A stretch of 64,000 bases of DNA from the NCBI GenBank assembly GCA_964509715.1, contig CAZDYD010000001.1, positions 99 through 64,098 on the forward strand, read 5' to 3'. Made by a program: the position numbers and the translations under genes. This document shows positions 1 through 9,587 of the stretch, in pieces; positions within the stretch are counted from its first letter, which is position 1; each line of letters begins with the position of its first letter. The stretch comes from an uncultured Chitinophagales bacterium (GTDB taxonomy: Bacteria > Bacteroidota > Rhodothermia > Balneolales > HLUCCA01). A model generated the notes under the pieces. The model searched no databases, was not told where the DNA came from, and saw only the letters and a list, made by a program, of their open reading frames with translations.

Positions 1-2
1 CA

Positions 3-1658
3 AATGGATATTTTTCAGTATCTGATTCTGCAAAAACCAAAACTGACAGGCTCATTCAAAAGTATGTTGAAAATGATACTCCAGGTGCATCTGTCCTTGT
101 GATGCTACAAGGTAAGGTGTTGTACCAGAATGGTTATGGTCTTGCTAATCTAACACATCAGATTCCATTTACCGCTTCAACGCCTACCAATATTGGTTCT
201 ACATCCAAACATTTTACAGCATTTGCAGTGCTATTGCTTCAGGAACAGGGACTTCTGAACATAGATGATGACATCAGAAAATACATGCCTGAATTGCCTG
301 ATTTTGGGAAAACAGTTACGATACGTCATCTACTAAGCCATACTTCTGGATACAGGGAGTTCTTGAATACGTTGATAATAACAGGAACTCATCCTTCGAA
401 GGTCTATACCGATGAACAGATTTTGCGTTTGGTACAAAGACAAAGTACGTTGCAAAACGATCCAGGATCTGAGTTTAATTACAATAATACAGGATTTTAT
501 ATAGCCCGGCTACTCGTTGAGCGATTGACCGATACTCCATTTGATCTCTGGACTCGCGTGAATATGTTCGAACCATTGGGAATGATGGACACACGTTACA
601 GAGCAACTCCAAGTACAGTGATTCCCGGTCGTTCAGCTGGTTATGCACAAAAAGAGGGTGGGGAATTTGACGAAGTGCAGGATCTTGCGGGTGGGATGGG
701 ACCCGGGGGGATCTACACCACCATGGATGATTTTGCCAAGTGGGTAAAAAATTTCAAAGAGCATCGTCTTGGCAGCAATGAAACTCACGAATTGTTGACT
801 ACTTCAAACATTTTGACAACAGGTACCCCATCGGGATATGGTTTGGGTTTGTTTATCGACACTTTCAGAGGGCAACGCTATTTTCATCATGGGGGTGCCG
901 ATATGGCACATCGTTCATCCTTTATGTATTTTCCAGATATAGACGCAGCAATTGTTACACAAAGTAACCTGAGTACTTTCCCAGGTAATCTTGCAACACA
1001 GATAGCCGAATATTTTTTGGATGACTTCTTTGATTCAGTAGCTGATGACAGCTTGATATCAACTTCTGAAAAAGCACCAGAAGATGAAATTGAGTTTATG
1101 TATGATGTGAATAAATTCGATTCGTTGGTGGGTAAGTATGAGTTAGTGATTGCACCCGGATTCATCTTAACTTTTTCGCGCGATGGTGACAAATTATGGA
1201 CCCAAGCTACTGGTCAATCCCAGATTGGTATAAAGGCAACATCCGATTCAACGTTTAGTCTTATCGGGGTGGCAGCTAATTTGACATTTCATTTGAATGA
1301 CGATGGGTCGGCCGACAAACTCACATTGCATCAAAATGGGAACCATCTCGCACTTAAGATTGAGTTCAAACTAACTCCAGATGAAAAATTGGAATATGCA
1401 GGATCGTATTTCAGTTCAGAGATCGAAACCATGTACCACGTAGTGTTGTCTGGCGACAACATGCAGCTGGAACATTACCACATTAGTGAGCCCATTGCCT
1501 TGAACCCAAGTCGCAAGGATTACTTTACTGGATCATTTCCTATTTCCAGCATTGAGTTCATGAGAAACGATGCCGGAAAAATTCTCGGTTTTAAGGCGTC
1601 CAATGGGAGGTCGAGGGATATATTTTTCCAGAAAGTCGAATGGGAGACCAGGAATTAA
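3..1658 (+). CDS. serine hydrolase, beta-lactamase/transpeptidase-like family (5' end cut by window edge)
   Basis: The ORF track starts at an internal GTG (99). The same frame is open back to nt 3 (..ENDTPGASVLVMLQGK..). It has the Ser-x-x-Lys nucleophile motif 'STSKHF', 'YNNTGF', and a 'HHGG' box. A C-terminal extension of about 170 aa follows. Confidence 0.85.
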   Translation, partial: NGYFSVSDSAKTKTDRLIQKYVENDTPGASVLVMLQGKVLYQNGYGLANLTHQIPFTASTPTNIGSTSKHFTAFAVLLLQEQGLLNIDDDIRKYMPELPDFGKTVTIRHLLSHTSGYREFLNTLIITGTHPSKVYTDEQILRLVQRQSTLQNDPGSEFNYNNTGFYIARLLVERLTDTPFDLWTRVNMFEPLGMMDTRYRATPSTVIPGRSAGYAQKEGGEFDEVQDLAGGMGPGGIYTTMDDFAKWVKNFKEHRLGSNETHELLTTSNILTTGTPSGYGLGLFIDTFRGQRYFHHGGADMAHRSSFMYFPDIDAAIVTQSNLSTFPGNLATQIAEYFLDDFFDSVADDSLISTSEKAPEDEIEFMYDVNKFDSLVGKYELVIAPGFILTFSRDGDKLWTQATGQSQIGIKATSDSTFSLIGVAANLTFHLNDDGSADKLTLHQNGNHLALKIEFKLTPDEKLEYAGSYFSSEIETMYHVVLSGDNMQLEHYHISEPIALNPSRKDYFTGSFPISSIEFMRNDAGKILGFKASNGRSRDIFFQKVEWETRN

Positions 1659-1680
1659 AAACTCCTGGTCTGAATTTTTA
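1646..1680. terminator. hairpin between convergent genes (candidate bidirectional terminator)
   Basis: The 8-bp stem gaccagga (1646-1653) pairs with tcctggtc (1663-1670). It is followed by tgaattttta and overlaps the stop codon of the upstream + gene. Confidence 0.5.
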
Positions 1681-1681
1681 T

Positions 1682-2431
1682 CTATCTGGCCAAATATCCA
1701 CCGTCGACGGCATAGTAATTCCCTGTGATGAATGATGCCTGTTCACTGGCCAAGAAAGCAATCAATTGTGCAACTTCTTCGGGCTCTCCGAGTCGACCTA
1801 TCGGATGTGCTGCAATTAGCTGCTCATTGGCTTCTGGTGGCAGGGCAGAGATCATTGGTGTTTTTATGAAAGCTGGTCCAACGGCATTTACTCTGATGCC
1901 TTTGGCTGAGTAATCAAGTGCCGATTGACGTGTGAGTCCAACGACTCCATGTTTGGCAGCTGTATACGCTGGTGCTGATGGAAAACCTACCGCTCCAAGA
2001 ATTGAAGAAATATTGACAATACTTCCTCCACCTGAGTTCAACATAGCCGGAATTTGATACTTCATACCATAGAATACACCGGATAGGTTAATATCAATAA
2101 CACGTTTCCACCCTTCCAACGAATAGTCGGCCAATGGTGCAAGTTCACCACCTATACCAGCATTGTTCACAGCAATATGTAAGGCGCCAAATCTTTCAAC
2201 CGTTTTGTTGACCAGATTTTCGTTATCGACCGGATTCGAAGTATCTGCTTTGATGAATATGGCTTCTCCACCTGAATCCAGGATATTTTTTACTACAGAT
2301 TCACCATCATGTATGTTGATATCTGATACAACTACTTTTGCACCTTCATGGGCAAATAATACCGCTGTTGCCTTACCAATTCCTGATGCGCTTCCGGTAA
2401 TGATGGCAACTTTACCTTTTAAACGTTTCAT
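1682..2431 (-). CDS. SDR-family oxidoreductase (3-oxoacyl-ACP reductase / glucose dehydrogenase-like)
   Basis: It has the cofactor-binding loop 'ITGSASGIGKA', 'NNAG', and the catalytic 'YTAAKHGV' (YxxxK). I moved the start to ATG 2431 (MKRLKGK) because AAGGAG lies 5 nt upstream. Confidence 0.9.
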   Translation of the reverse strand: MKRLKGKVAIITGSASGIGKATAVLFAHEGAKVVVSDINIHDGESVVKNILDSGGEAIFIKADTSNPVDNENLVNKTVERFGALHIAVNNAGIGGELAPLADYSLEGWKRVIDINLSGVFYGMKYQIPAMLNSGGGSIVNISSILGAVGFPSAPAYTAAKHGVVGLTRQSALDYSAKGIRVNAVGPAFIKTPMISALPPEANEQLIAAHPIGRLGEPEEVAQLIAFLASEQASFITGNYYAVDGGYLAR

Positions 2432-2461
2432 ACTATCTCCTTCTCGGAACATAGTCGTACG

Positions 2462-2539
2462 TTTCGACCGCTAATTAAGCCTAAAGTGCCCAAAGGACAG
2501 TCTTTAGAACTCGTTATCCAATCATCCAAGCGGTCGAAA
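2462..2539. other. nested inverted repeat (long stem-loop) in the intergenic region
   Basis: A perfect 11-bp inverted repeat, tttcgaccgct (2462-2472) / agcggtcgaaa (2529-2539), encloses an inner 6-bp inverted repeat, ctaaag (2481-2486) / ctttag (2502-2507). Confidence 0.5.
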
Positions 2540-2692
2540 ATCACGTTGAGACTGGATCACATTATTGCTCACATGTATTTTACTGATTATGATTGCGCTA
2601 TGCTGTACAATTTTGTTTTATTAAATGACAGATATTGACTGATTTAGGTAAATGATTCTGCTCTCGATCGATACCTTTAAAAAGTTAGGTGT

Positions 2693-3769
2693 CTATCTTC
2701 CGAACGGAATGGTAACACCTAACCAAGGAAAACCAATAAATCCCCTTCCAAGATCTTCTCCCACCGGTGACATTATGGCAAAGTCTACAGCAAAATTCTC
2801 CGGTGCCCACCTCATTCCAAATGAAACGAGTGATAATCCTTCAGTATCTGGGAAAATGTAGTTTTCTGTGATAAAATACACTCTATGCGAGGCTCTGAAC
2901 ATACCTGAAAAAGTTACCACTGGAGAACTGGATACTTCTCCTTCTGCATACCCATATCCGAGTCCGACTGACATATTATGATCCTGGTCGCCATACGTGG
3001 CCATACCATATAGAACACCAAACGATGCCACTCCCGTGATTCCACCTAACATGGCTCCGGCAGCAATATGAAACTTTGAATTCGGGATAGGTACTGAAAA
3101 CTTTGGCAGGATCCATATTGGTGTTTCAGATGCGCCAAACAAGAAACTGGGAACAAGTCCGGCTCCAAGTGAAAAGTTATCTGTTAACCCGTAATTGGCA
3201 TTGTTAAAAAAGATCCACACGTTCTGATAGTATCCTTCGCCTTTTTTTAGTCCCAGGGCATTGGGTGAGAAAAGGTACCTCGTTGACTGAGGGTTTGGAT
3301 GCCAAAACTTTCCATCCCTTATACTATTCCTGGAAATATCGGTGATGCGTTGGATGTTCTCACGCATAATAGTTACATCTCCGGATGATGTTCTGATAAT
3401 AATTGCCTGATCTGTTTCAGAGATAAGGTCTCCAAAAAGTATGTTTCCATCTTTTGTCTGGACACGAACATATCTTGGTGGATCAAGCTGAAATATGTCC
3501 TTTTTGTCGTCTGAATTCATCGCTGAATCGATTGCGATTGAATGATCAGAAAAATCAGCTATGTGAATTGTGTCGAATAAATCGGTTTCGAATGAGATGG
3601 ATGCTACTGAATGTTCATCACCAAAATATAAAAAGGATTTTAAAGAGGTAGCATTTGATTCTTGGATCTGCATGAAAACTACAAAGAGAATTGAAAGCAC
3701 AGATATCTGTACCATTGGATGGTGTGATGTGGATGACATATTGTTGTTCCTGGTATGTGTTGAAGCCAA
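2693..3769 (-). CDS. hypothetical secreted/membrane protein
   Basis: It is a long ORF with an N-terminal hydrophobic signal-like segment (VQISVLSILFVVFMQIQESNA). The C-terminal half is Gly/aromatic-rich. I recognised no family. The real start may be the internal M11 or M19. Confidence 0.55.
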   Translation of the reverse strand: MASTHTRNNNMSSTSHHPMVQISVLSILFVVFMQIQESNATSLKSFLYFGDEHSVASISFETDLFDTIHIADFSDHSIAIDSAMNSDDKKDIFQLDPPRYVRVQTKDGNILFGDLISETDQAIIIRTSSGDVTIMRENIQRITDISRNSIRDGKFWHPNPQSTRYLFSPNALGLKKGEGYYQNVWIFFNNANYGLTDNFSLGAGLVPSFLFGASETPIWILPKFSVPIPNSKFHIAAGAMLGGITGVASFGVLYGMATYGDQDHNMSVGLGYGYAEGEVSSSPVVTFSGMFRASHRVYFITENYIFPDTEGLSLVSFGMRWAPENFAVDFAIMSPVGEDLGRGFIGFPWLGVTIPFGR

Positions 3770-3824
3770 TTCGACAAATAGTAATTTACGCCTAAATCAA
3801 AAAAACACAATGTATATCTCGGGT

Positions 3825-5111
3825 TTATTCGTAGATGATAACTGATTTTCTTTTGTTCAGGAATTCCGCAATTTGGTTAGCGGTAATACGGTCAAGTTCG
3901 TCATTTGTTCCGTTGGATTCGATCCATTTTCTGATTTTGTCGGTACCATTCAGGATATCGATGGGTAATAGGTCGTAAATGTACTCAAAAGGTGGTTGTC
4001 TCCACCGAAATGCTTCCCCCATCAATGTGTTTAATTCCCTCATGATTATCTGTGTGGCGTACCAGATTCCGCGTAACTCCAACCACTCTGTTTTATGAGG
4101 ATTATTTCGCTGATCAAGTGATGTATTTGGGGTATTCAAAAAGTGTACTTGATAGCCGTGTACAGTAGTACCGCTCCATTTTTCAAATGTAGGTACAAAT
4201 AAGTGGGGACGAAGTTTGATGTGCCGACAACCGGCGTTGATCAATGTTTGGTTGAGTTGCTCAAGCCATTGATTGGCTTTTAAATCCGGATGACCGAACA
4301 ATTCGAATGGACGAGCAGTACCCCTACCTTCGCTAAAATTCGTTCCTTCAAACAAGACGGTTCCGGGATATACTCGAAGTGTACTTAATGTAGCAAGGTT
4401 TGGCGATGGAAGTACCCATGGTAACTGGTTATTCTCGAATGGATTTGTACTACGCATCCATCCATGAACCGGGACTAATTTCAAATCGAGATCAATATCC
4501 CAGTATTTTTGTGCAAATAGTGCAATTTCACCTATGGTCATACCATGGCGCATGGGTAAAGGATGTAATCCAATAAAAGATTCAAATCCGGGTTCGGAGC
4601 CGTTCCCTTCGATCGTGATTCCATCCAGTGGATTAGGACGATCAAGTATTACAACTCGCTTACCCGCTTCTGCACATGCTTTCATGGCAAGAACCATGGT
4701 CCAAATATATGTATAGACCCTGACTCCACTATCCTGTAGGTCTATGACCAACGTATCGATGTTTTCAAGCATTTGAGGTGTTGGGACTCTCGTCTCAGAG
4801 TAAAGACTAAATACAGGAATCTGATACTTGGGATGAATGAAATGTGGTGATTCGATCATGTTGTCCTGTGCATCGGTATATATTCCGTGCTGAGGTGCAA
4901 AAAGAGCCGTTAATTTATCACCGCAAATATGATGAATAATCTCTACACCATGATTCAGTTTTTTATCGATCGATGCGCTGTGACAAAGATAACCTATTCT
5001 TCCAGTGAGATACTTTTGGAACTCTGTATTGGATTGAATGCGGTCTAATCCGGAAGAAATACTGTCCCCATTGATGTATGTTGCAGTACTGCCAATGTTG
5101 GATGTACCCAT
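3825..5111 (-). CDS. DUF1343 family protein (NamZ/YbbC-like exo-beta-N-acetylmuramidase family)
   Basis: It carries blocks typical of the family: 'LFAPQHGIYTDAQDNM', 'VIDLQDSGVRVYTYIWTM', 'VVILDRPNPL'. Confidence 0.8.
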   Translation of the reverse strand: MGTSNIGSTATYINGDSISSGLDRIQSNTEFQKYLTGRIGYLCHSASIDKKLNHGVEIIHHICGDKLTALFAPQHGIYTDAQDNMIESPHFIHPKYQIPVFSLYSETRVPTPQMLENIDTLVIDLQDSGVRVYTYIWTMVLAMKACAEAGKRVVILDRPNPLDGITIEGNGSEPGFESFIGLHPLPMRHGMTIGEIALFAQKYWDIDLDLKLVPVHGWMRSTNPFENNQLPWVLPSPNLATLSTLRVYPGTVLFEGTNFSEGRGTARPFELFGHPDLKANQWLEQLNQTLINAGCRHIKLRPHLFVPTFEKWSGTTVHGYQVHFLNTPNTSLDQRNNPHKTEWLELRGIWYATQIIMRELNTLMGEAFRWRQPPFEYIYDLLPIDILNGTDKIRKWIESNGTNDELDRITANQIAEFLNKRKSVIIYE

Positions 5112-5186
5112 GTGATCTGTAGTTGATGTACATGGGTGTCCCCAGAACTGCGGGTACCCATGTGATCTGTAGTTGATTTACATGGG
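5104..5186. repeat. two copies of a 33-nt unit, 50 bp apart, each a hairpin; copy 1 contains the DUF1343 start codon
   Basis: Units 5104-5136 and 5154-5186 (gtacccatgtgatctgtagttgat[g/t]tacatggg) differ by 1 mismatch. Each contains the inverted repeat cccatgt..acatggg. Confidence 0.85.
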
Positions 5187-5247
5187 CATTATAAGAAAAA
5201 AAAGATGATTCAGTTCAATGGATTTATCTAAATATCTATTGGTCTAA

Positions 5248-6423
5248 TCAGGCCATTTCGTCATCAACAATGTGTGTACCAGAACCAATATTCACCACAT
5301 GGAATACGGGATCCTTGCCAGTAGCTGAGTGATATTCCGATCTGATTTTGGCTGTAATATCGGAGATATTTTCTCTCTTGACCAAATTGATAGTACAACC
5401 GCCAAATCCACCTCCCATCATTCGGGCGCCAAGGACGTCATCCATAGTTTCGGTTATGTCAACCAGAATATCCAGTTCTTTGCAGCTGACTTCATAGTCA
5501 TTTTTTAATCCGTAATGAGATTCGTACATCTTTGCTCCAAAATCCTTCAGATTTCCGGTAAGGAGGTGATCACATGCCGCTTCAACTCTTATATTTTCGT
5601 CCAGGACATACTTGCATCGCCGATAAATTACCTCAAACATATCGTATTTGTGAAGTTGCAACAGCTCGGGATTCACATCACGCAAACTTTGAATCGATGG
5701 ATCAAATTGGCTCAGAACATGTACTCCCAAGTCACACTCCTGCCGCCGTGTATTATAATCCGATCCGGTTAGAGATCGGCGCACAGTGGTATCGCACAAT
5801 AGGATACAAACATCATCAAAAGCGAAGGGGAAATATTCGAAGTCCAATGTTTTACAATCCAGCTTGATTACGCTGTTTTGTTTTCCATGTAGGCTTGCAA
5901 ATTGATCCATTATCCCACACTGCATCCCGACGAAATTATTTTCTGCCGACATGGCGATGCGGGCCATATCTATCAAGTTTAAATCCAATGCGAAGAGTTT
6001 CGATAAGCCGAACACAACCCCGTTTTCAAGTGCAGCAGATGATGATAGTCCGGCTCCAATAGGTACATCTCCTCCAAATACGCAATCGAATCCTCCGATA
6101 TTAAATCCTGCGATTGAAAGTTGATCGACTACACCGATGACATAGTCGGCCCAGTGGATACCCGTTTTTTTATATTTATCGGATATCGGAATTTCACAGT
6201 ATTCATTGTTCATGTCTACGGAATGCAAGCGAATCATTTTGGCAGAGTTTGGTGAGATTGCCAATGTTATGGATTTATCAATCGCTGCAGGTAGTACAAA
6301 GCCGTTGTTGTAATCTGTGTGTTCACCTATCAGGTTGACCCTGCCGGGGGACGAAATAAGCAGGGGTTTGCTGTTGAATCTTCTTTTAAAAGAAGACATC
6401 ACCTCAGATTGTAATCTGTTCAT
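5248..6423 (-). CDS. galK: galactokinase
   Basis: It has the galactokinase signature 'GRVNLIGEHTDYNNGFVLPAAI' and the GHMP ATP loop 'PIGAGLSSSAALE'. Its size is 391 aa. Confidence 0.93.
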   Translation of the reverse strand: MNRLQSEVMSSFKRRFNSKPLLISSPGRVNLIGEHTDYNNGFVLPAAIDKSITLAISPNSAKMIRLHSVDMNNEYCEIPISDKYKKTGIHWADYVIGVVDQLSIAGFNIGGFDCVFGGDVPIGAGLSSSAALENGVVFGLSKLFALDLNLIDMARIAMSAENNFVGMQCGIMDQFASLHGKQNSVIKLDCKTLDFEYFPFAFDDVCILLCDTTVRRSLTGSDYNTRRQECDLGVHVLSQFDPSIQSLRDVNPELLQLHKYDMFEVIYRRCKYVLDENIRVEAACDHLLTGNLKDFGAKMYESHYGLKNDYEVSCKELDILVDITETMDDVLGARMMGGGFGGCTINLVKRENISDITAKIRSEYHSATGKDPVFHVVNIGSGTHIVDDEMA

Positions 6424-6429
6424 GAATAA

Positions 6430-7989
6430 TTACCAGAATAAGATGTATAGAACTGAAAGGATTGCACATACTCCGATCGAGCCGATGTTGAATCCAGTGC
6501 TTGTATGAAATAACTCACGTTTGATGGCAATTGCCTTGGGATCTTCTCCTGTGGACTCATACATTGATATGGCCACCATCAACACGACCAGAAAAATGAA
6601 TACGATACCCATTCTATCAAGGAATGGTAGAGTTGGGAAGAGCCATTTGAGAATAAATCCTGATGGGATGGTGAATATCGCGGCCCAAACAGCTGCGTTC
6701 GGGGTAGCTTTTTTCCAGAAAAGTCCCAGTAGGAAAATGGCTACTACGCCAGGACTTACAAAACCGGTGAATTCCTGGATAAATTGAAATGCCTGACCAA
6801 AGTTTTCTACTTGGGGAGCCACCAGTACAGCTATGAATAGTGCAACAAAGCTGACGATTCTTCCGGTGAAAACCAGTTTTTTCTCTGAGGCTTCTTTGTC
6901 AATGTGTACCCGGAATATATCCATAGTGAAAATGGTGGAAGTACTGTTGGTCATTGATGCTAAAGAAGAGGCAATAGCGGCAATAAGCGCTGCAAAAGCA
7001 AGTCCACGAAGTCCGATCGGGACAAACTCACCCATTAACCACGGGTATGCTTCATCGGGACGCAATAAATTGGCCCCAAATCCGAATGCCACGATACCGG
7101 GAATGACAACGATCAAAGGCATCAGAAGCTTGAGATATCCCGCAAATAAAAGTCCGTTCTGGGCTTCTTTTACGCTTTTTGCTGCAAGAGCTCGTTGAAT
7201 GATGTATTGATTACAACCCCAGTAGCTGATATTCGCAATCCATAGTCCACCTAAAAGCACGCTGAGTCCGGGGAGCTCGTAGTAAAATGCGTGGTCGCTA
7301 CTAAGTATCATGTTGAAGTGATCAGGTACTCGATCAAGTAGTGAACTGAATCCGACTATTGCTCCTTGTCCACCACTGAATGCATTCAATGCATACCAAG
7401 TAGTGATTAGCCCACCACCTACGAGAAAGGCAACTTGTACTACATCGGTCCACGCTACGGCCTTTAGTCCACCGTAAATGGTATAAATAGCTGAAAAAGT
7501 TGCAAGACCAATAATACCGTACATCAATGGAAAGCCCAGTATACTTTCCATGGTCAAGGCTCCGAGATATAGTACAGATGTGAGGTTAACAAATACATAG
7601 ACCAACAGCCAAAATATGGCCAATATGGCTCTCACTCGTTCATCGAATCTCATACCCAAGAACTGAGGCATACTATAGATTTTCTTTTCGAGAAAGATGG
7701 GTATCATGAATTTGGCGACAAGGATAAGAGTGATCGCTGCCATCCATTCATAACTGGCGATTGCAAGTCCAATAGCAAAACCAGATCCAGCCATTCCAAT
7801 CATTTGTTCTGCAGAGATATTGGCGGCGATAAGTGATGTACCAATGGCCCACCATGGAAGTGATTTACTGGCCAAAAAATAACCTTCTGAGTCACCGGTG
7901 CTTTTTCTGCGAGCAATAAAAAGTCCCAAAAATAGGATGATGATGCAGTAACCGAAAAAGACGATGAAATCTAATGTTGAGAATTGCAT
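6430..7989 (-). CDS. sodium:solute symporter family transporter (SGLT-like sugar symporter)
   Basis: It is a 519-aa polytopic membrane protein with an SSF-type N-terminal block, 'LASKSLPWWAIGTSLIAANISAEQMIGMAG'. Its stop lies 6 nt before the galK start. Confidence 0.85.
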   Translation of the reverse strand: MQFSTLDFIVFFGYCIIILFLGLFIARRKSTGDSEGYFLASKSLPWWAIGTSLIAANISAEQMIGMAGSGFAIGLAIASYEWMAAITLILVAKFMIPIFLEKKIYSMPQFLGMRFDERVRAILAIFWLLVYVFVNLTSVLYLGALTMESILGFPLMYGIIGLATFSAIYTIYGGLKAVAWTDVVQVAFLVGGGLITTWYALNAFSGGQGAIVGFSSLLDRVPDHFNMILSSDHAFYYELPGLSVLLGGLWIANISYWGCNQYIIQRALAAKSVKEAQNGLLFAGYLKLLMPLIVVIPGIVAFGFGANLLRPDEAYPWLMGEFVPIGLRGLAFAALIAAIASSLASMTNSTSTIFTMDIFRVHIDKEASEKKLVFTGRIVSFVALFIAVLVAPQVENFGQAFQFIQEFTGFVSPGVVAIFLLGLFWKKATPNAAVWAAIFTIPSGFILKWLFPTLPFLDRMGIVFIFLVVLMVAISMYESTGEDPKAIAIKRELFHTSTGFNIGSIGVCAILSVLYILFW

Positions 7990-8096
7990 AATGATGAGAT
8001 TAAGGTAATTGTACGATCATATCGACTGGGATTGTAATGTAAGACCGAGAGCTAACTGCCCAAATACTTATGTTTCATATTAACCACATACACTTT

Positions 8097-8114
8097 CATG
8101 TTATCGTTAACATG
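8097..8114. promoter_or_regulatory. candidate LacI-family operator
   Basis: The palindrome is catgtta-tcgt-taacatg. Its core, TGTTATCGTTAACA (8099-8112), has the central CG typical of LacI/GalR operators. It lies about 100 nt upstream of the symporter start. Confidence 0.5.
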
Positions 8115-8216
8115 AATAAATGTAATAAATTTCCAATTCACTACAAATAGATAATAGATTATTTTGGCGACCTGATTTTTTTGATCAGAATGTATTGGTT
8201 TGGTTTGTCAGGATTT

Positions 8217-9248
8217 CTAAGATCCGCAAGATTTTCTGATGACTATTTCTGTAGGAAGCAAAATATGTTCTATTGGTTCTCTTCTGTTTTCTATTGCATT
8301 GATTAATTTCATGACAGCCTGTTTTCCCACTTCGTACGCTGGTTGGTGTATCGTTGTAAGAGGTGAATGTACCAATGGGGCCCTGATATCATCTGTGAAT
8401 CCGACAATGGCAATATCGTCTGGTATACTCAGTCCAGCATTGATGATCGCATCCATAGCACCAAATGCTACCGGGTCGTTCACTGCAACCACAGCATCGG
8501 GTCTAAGCTCAACAGGCAGTTCCAACAGTTTCTTCATTGCATGATATCCACCTTTTTCATTATATCCGCTTTCGATGATAAGATTTTCAAAGATGGTTAA
8601 TCCATTATCATTCAATGCGCTTAAGAATCCATCATAGCGATCCTTACCGATCGAAACGACTCTGGGTCCACTCAGATAAGCCACTCTTTTATATCCGTTG
8701 TTAATCAGATGATTGGTAATTAACCTCGAAGCCTGAAAATCGTTGATACCAATACAACTTGCCCCGATACCGGAAATACATCGATCAAAAAAAACTACGG
8801 GAGGACCAGCCTTGATGATCTGTTCGTAATAACTATAGTCGGCATCACCGAGGCTGCTCGAAATTAATAATCCATCTACTCGTTTTGAACGCAAGGCGTT
8901 GATTATCTGCTGCTCGTTCGTGAAATCATCGGAAGTATTTGTGAGAAATATCTGATAGTTTTTTTTGTTCGACTCCTCCTGTATACCTCTGACAACTTCC
9001 GGGAAGAAAGAATGTGAGATTTCCGGTATAACTACTCCGATTGTAAATGTCCGGCTCGATACAAGACTTTTTGCAACATGGTTGGGGGTGTAACCCATTT
9101 GCGAAGCAACCTCAAGGATTTTTTTTCGTGTCTTGGGGTCAACATTCGGTTTGTTGTTTATAGCACGGGATACGGTCATGGTTGAAACACCCAACGCGGC
9201 TGCCACTTCCTTCAATGTTGTGCTTCCTGCCTTGCCGTTATCATTCAT
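8217..9248 (-). CDS. LacI-family transcriptional regulator
   Basis: It has the N-terminal HTH 'TLKEVAAALGVSTMTVSRAINNKPNV' followed by a periplasmic-binding-protein-like sugar-binding fold. Its size is 343 aa. Confidence 0.92.
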   Translation of the reverse strand: MNDNGKAGSTTLKEVAAALGVSTMTVSRAINNKPNVDPKTRKKILEVASQMGYTPNHVAKSLVSSRTFTIGVVIPEISHSFFPEVVRGIQEESNKKNYQIFLTNTSDDFTNEQQIINALRSKRVDGLLISSSLGDADYSYYEQIIKAGPPVVFFDRCISGIGASCIGINDFQASRLITNHLINNGYKRVAYLSGPRVVSIGKDRYDGFLSALNDNGLTIFENLIIESGYNEKGGYHAMKKLLELPVELRPDAVVAVNDPVAFGAMDAIINAGLSIPDDIAIVGFTDDIRAPLVHSPLTTIHQPAYEVGKQAVMKLINAIENRREPIEHILLPTEIVIRKSCGS

Positions 9249-9587
9249 GTTTGTTGAAAATGACTGGATATTATGTTGAAATAAAAACGCTTAAATCATC
9301 AGATTCAATTTAATAAAAACCCATTTAATGAGAGCCTGCAACTTTTTATTATTTGTATGACTCTTTGTATTCCAAATGACCCTGTTTTGTTCATTGATAA
9401 ATATATGAATGCAGGAACTTTGAAATGGTTGGGATTGTCCATTAGTAATTACATAGCGAGCAGAGTTAAACATTTTGTGACAATACAATACAATTAATTT
9501 GGTCATATTCTGTCGATGTGTACGTTTCAGTTTAATAACGAGCCTGGATTTATAAACACGGTTGTAACTCTTTAACATATTTATTGA

